Positions 59,307 through 64,000 of a stretch of DNA of 64,000 nt are shown piece after piece; position 1 is the stretch's first letter, and the number at the start of each line of letters is the position of its first letter. The position numbers and the translations under genes are program-made. Under the pieces are notes generated by a model. The model saw only the letters and a list, made by a program, of their open reading frames with translations, ran no database searches and was not told the origin of the DNA. This stretch comes from Mobula hypostoma. Its lineage: Eukaryota. Where the stretch lies: NCBI RefSeq assembly GCF_963921235.1, contig NC_086108.1, positions 102,054,001 through 102,118,000 of the forward strand. Reading direction: 5' to 3'.

Positions 59307-62300
59307 CACTCAGTGCTCTCTTTATTAGCTACACTTGTATACCTAATTATTAAAAAAATCATAAGATATAGAAGTGGAATTAGGCCATTTGGCCCATCAA
59401 GTCTGCTCTGCCATTTCCCTCTCAGCTCCAAACTCCTGCCTTCTCCCCATATCCCTTCATGCCGTGACCAATCAATACCTAATCCATCAACCTCTGCCTT
59501 AAAGTAAGCTATCAAATAATATTCTGATACATAAAGTGTAAAAGAGAGGTAAGAGTGGATAATTTTGCATCAGTCTTCACTGTAGATGATACTAACAGTA
59601 TGGTGGAAGTTCCAGGTGTCAGGGGTCATGAAGTGTGTGAAGTTACAATTACTAGAGAGAAGGTTATTGGGAAACTGAAAGGTTTGATATTAGACAAGTC
59701 ACCTGGACCAGATGGTGTACGCCCCAGGGTTCTGAAAGGGGTGGCTGAAGAGATTGTGGGGCACTGATTATGATTTTTCAAGAATCCCTAAATTCTGGAA
59801 TGATTACAGAAGAATGGAAAATGGGAAGTGTCACTCCACTCTTCAAGAGAGAAGCAGAAAAAAAGGAAGTTATAGGCTAATTAATCTGACCTCAGTGGTT
59901 GGGAAGATGTTGGAGTCGATTTTTAAGAAAGAGGTCTTAGGGTATTTGGAGGCAAATGATAAAAATAGGCCGTAGTCACCATGGTTTCCTCAAGGGAAAA
60001 TCTTGTCTGACAAATCTGTTGGAATTCTTTGAAGAAATAACAAACAAGATAGACAAAGGAGAATCAGATGATGTTGTGTACTTGGATTTTCAGAAGACCT
60101 TTGACAAGGCACCACACATGAGACTGCTTAACAAGCTATGAGCCCATGGTATCACAGGGAAGAGTCTAGCATGGGTAAAACAGTGGTGGATTGACAGGAG
60201 GTAACGAGTAGGAATAAAGGGAGCCTTTTCTGGTTGACTTCGAGTGACTGGTGGTATTCCACATGGTCTGTGTTGAAACAGATTCTTTTTGTGTTATATG
60301 TTAATGATTTGAATGATGGTCTGATCCTACACCTTATCTTATGGAATTGATGCTTTTGGTGCAAACTTTGTGGATGATACAAAGATAGGTGGAGGGGCAG
60401 GTAGTTTTGTGGAAGTAGATAGTCTACGAAAGGACTTCGACCAGAAGAAAGGCAAAGAAATGGCAGATGGAATACAGTGTCAAGAAGTGTATGCACTCAG
60501 GTAGGAGAAATGAAAGGGTTGATTATTTTCTAAATGGAGAGAAAATACAAAAAACTAAGACACAAGGGGACTTGGGAGTGCCTGTGCAGGATTCTCTAAA
60601 GGTTCATTTGTAAGCAGAGTCTGTGGTGAGGAAGGCAAATGTGATTTTATCATTCATTTCAAGAGGACTAGAATATAAAAGCAAGGATGTAATATTGACA
60701 CTTTATAAAGCACTCGTGGGGCCTCACAGAGTATTGTGAGCTGTTTTGGGCCGCTTATCTCAGAAAGAATGGGCTGAAACCAAGCTTTTAAAAGAGGTTC
60801 ATGAAAATGATTGAATGGTTTGTCATATAAATAGCATTTGATGGCTCTGGGCCTTTATTCACTGGAATTCAGAAGAATCAGGGGTGACCTCATTGAAACC
60901 TATCGAATGGTAAAAGGCCTTGATAGAATGGATGTGGAGACGATGTCTCCTATGGTTGGAGAGTCAATAACTCGAGAACGCAACCTCAGAGTAGAGGGAC
61001 ATCCTTTTAGAACGGAGATCAGGAGGAATTTCTTTAGCCAGAGAGTGATGAAATTCTGGAATTCATTGCCACAGGCAGCTGTGGAGGCCGGGTCTGTATA
61101 AATATTTAAGGCAGAGGTTGATAGATTCTTAAATGGTCAGAGCATGAAAGGATACGAGAGAACACAAGAGATTGGGGCTGAGAGGGAAACTGGATCAGCC
61201 ATGATGAAATGGTGGTCAGACTGGATGGGCCAAATGGCCTAATTCTGTTCCTATACTTATGGTCTTAAATATACATGAAGACTTGTCCTCCACAGCTGCC
61301 TGTGGCAACAAATTCTACAGATTCACCACTCTCTGACTAAAGAAATTCCTCCTCATCTCCATTCTTAAAGGACACCATTCTTTTCTGTGGCTGGTCCTAG
61401 GTTTTTCCACCATATGAAACATCCTCTCTACATTCACTCTGAGTCCTTTCACTATTCAATACATTTTAATGAGTTGACCCCTCATTCTTCTGAATTCTAG
61501 TGAATACAGGCCCAGAGCCATCAAATGCTCTTCATATGACAAGCTGTTCAATCCTGGAATCATTTTTGTGAACCTCCTTTTGAACCCTCTCCAGTGTCAA
61601 CACATCCTTTCTTAGATAAGGAGCCCACAATTGCTCCCAATATTTCAAGTAAAGTCTCACCAGTGCTTTATAAAGCCTCAACATTACACCCTTGGTTTTA
61701 TATTCTAGTCCTCTTGAAATGAATGTTAACATCACATTTGCCTTCCTCATCACAGACTCAATCTTCAAATTACCCTTTAAGTAGTCCAGCACAGGGACCT
61801 TTGCACCTCAGATATTTGAATTTCCTCTCCATTTAGGAAATAATCTATCTTTTTATTTCTACTACTATCTGCCACTTTTGTCCATTGTCCTGATCTGTCT
61901 AAGTCCTTCTGTAGCCTCTCTACTTCCTCAAAACTACCTGTCCTTCCACCTGTCTCCATATCATCCACAAACTTTGCAACAAAGCTGACAATTCCATCAT
62001 ACAAATCCTTGACAAATTACGTAAACACTAATGTATAATCAGACAATCATGTGGCAGAAATTCAATGCATAAAAACATGCAACATGGTCAAACGGTTCAT
62101 TTGTTGTTCAGACCAAACATCAAAATGGGGAAGAAATGTGGACTAGGTGACTTAGACCATGAACTGATTGTTGGTGCTAGATGAGGTGGTTTCAGTATCT
62201 CTGAAACTACTGATCTCCTGGGATTTTCATGCACAACAGTCTCTAGAGTTTACAGAGAATGAAGCAAGAAAGCAAGAATCAAAAAACATAAACACAAAAA

Positions 62301-62534
62301 ACATGAAAAGTGGAAAAGTCGATGAAAATGCTATGTTAATAAGAGAGTTCAGGGGAGAATGGCCAAACTGGTTCAAGCTTAAAGGAAGGCAACAGTAAAT
62401 CAAATAATTACATGTTACAACGGAGGTGTGCAGAAGAGCATCTCTGAATGCACAACATGTCAAGCCTTAAAGTGGATTGCTACAACAGCAGAAGACTATA
62501 AACTTCCTGTGCCTAATAAAGGGGCCACTGAGAG
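59307..62534. mobile_element. Tc1/mariner-like non-autonomous element split by ~2.7 kb of CR1 insertions
   Basis: TA-CACTCAGTG...TTTATTAG at 59305; CCTAATAAAGGGGCCACTGAGAG-TA ending 62536; body 62030-62534 homologous to 44690-45156. Confidence 0.65.
59360..62025. mobile_element. CR1 fragments: plus copy 59505-61265 inserted into a minus copy (59360-59505 and 61268-62025)
   Basis: DKSPGPDGV, YLDFQKTFDK, RGDLIETY motifs on plus; LYKALVRL on minus. Confidence 0.83.
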
Positions 62535-63514
62535 TATCTGGAAAAGAGGACAGAGTTAAAGCTCTAGGTCAAAGACTCTTCATCATAAATTCCCCTGACC
62601 AACCTATGTGACATCTATCGCCTCTCTGACTGGGCTCTTGTCCCAATCAATGCTCACAAACTACCTTGGTGTTATATAAGAAAAATAATGAGGAGACAAT
62701 CCTTCTCCAAACGTCACTCAACAGAGAAGGACAACTTTAACCACTAATATCCAAGCCTAGGATTTTTGGCAAGAGAAATCTGTGCTGCATTTTTGACATT
62801 TACCTTTATTACAACATCAAAAACATATAAGAGTTAATGCTCCCTCAATCCAAGCCAATAAACATTTCTGTTTAAGGGTTACCATTGTTTAGTTTTAAAC
62901 TGAAGACTTATTTTACATGAACTGCAAAACATCATCCTCTGCACAATATGGTTATCTTCAGTGTGCTAAAGTTATTTCTTTATAGGCTTAATTTCCTGAA
63001 ACTGCAGTCAGATTATTCACTGCATTTGCAATTATTTTTTCAGACTCTGAACTGTTTGCCAAGCCTGTTTCCTCATTGAAGACAAGTTTATCCCTATTCC
63101 TGTGAACCGAAATTCCCACAAAAACTATTTTGCTGTGCAGTCTTCCAGGTAGCCTCATGAACTAAACAGTTTGCTGACCTATTGTCAAGCGTTTCAGATT
63201 TCTTACCTTGAATTTGTAATAATGCCTACTTGTAAACTTCTGCTATCTTCATTCTTTTATGAAGTGGCTTGGTTCTCCACCAGATATCACTTCCACTGGA
63301 CCTCCTAACCACCCCATCACTATTTTATGTTATTCTATTAGAAGGGGCTCCTTATTTCATATTAATTCATATAGTTCCTTCAATGACTATAAGGCAAAAA
63401 CAAGCATTGACCTCATGCAGCGATCTTGTGTACTAGGAATAACTTTTGGAAGAGAAGTTATAGTCCAGAGATCACTGGTGATGTTTTTTCTTTCCAACAC
63501 CACTGGTGGAATTT

Positions 63515-64000
63515 CTGAATCAGAATTGGATTTATTATCATTGACATATGTTATAAAATTTGTTGTTTTTGTGGCAGCAGTATATTGTAACTCCTATAAA
63601 AGCTATAAACTACAAAATGTATATAATACTTACATATATATATCAAATAACTAGTGCAAAAAGAGAAGGAAGAAACTAGTGAGGCACTGTTCATGGGGTT
63701 ATTGTCCATTCAGAAATCTGATGCTGGAGGGGAAGTAGCTGTTTCTGAAATGCTCAGTATGTATCATCAAGCACCTGGACCTCTTCCTTGATACGAGCAA
63801 TGAGAAGAAGGCATGTCCTTGGCGATGGGGGTCCTCAATGATAGATGCCACTTTTTCTAGGCATCGAGTTTTTAATGTGTCCTGGACGCTGGGGCGGCTA
63901 GTGCCCATGATGGAGCAGGCTTAGTTTACAATCTACTGTTGCTTTTTCCAATTCTGTGCGGTGGCCCCTCCATAGCCAGATGGTGGTGCAACCAGTTAGA
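63515..64000 (-). mobile_element. Rex1-type LINE 3' end (runs off the window)
   Basis: CLEKVASIIEDPHRQGHAFFS...FRNSYFPSSIRFLN. Confidence 0.82.

Noticed and set aside
63259..63654. 131-aa plus-strand ORF
   Set aside because: Runs into the antisense 3'UTR of a Rex1 fragment; no recognisable motifs

Overview
Eukaryotic (vertebrate) genomic DNA made almost entirely of nested transposable elements. The mix of CR1 LINEs with (TTCTATG)n tails, Rex1/Babar LINEs, Penelope-like elements and Tc1 elements suggests a cartilaginous fish, probably a ray (inference only). No intact host protein-coding gene is recognisable; a few small candidate exons lie in the unique islands. Main elements: (1) a two-LTR class I (gamma/epsilon-like) endogenous retrovirus on the minus strand (6919-14849). 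It has a tRNA-Arg PBS, gag, a probable 2H-phosphoesterase remnant, a deleted RT, RNase H interrupted by a 253-bp unknown insert, integrase, and a gamma-type env interrupted by a solo LTR. (2) A fold-back Tc1 built from two transposase 3' halves (5191-6842). (3) A Penelope-like element with an inverted pseudo-LTR, RT and GIY-YIG (27777-30846), whose termini carry minimal hammerhead ribozyme motifs that recur across the window. (4) An internally deleted Gypsy element (18008-19732). (5) Two near full-length CR1 LINEs with zinc-finger/esterase ORF1, plus many CR1 and Rex1 fragments, a tRNA-derived SINE and an RTE-derived non-autonomous element. All coordinates and difference counts were read by eye, and boundaries of degenerate fragments are approximate.
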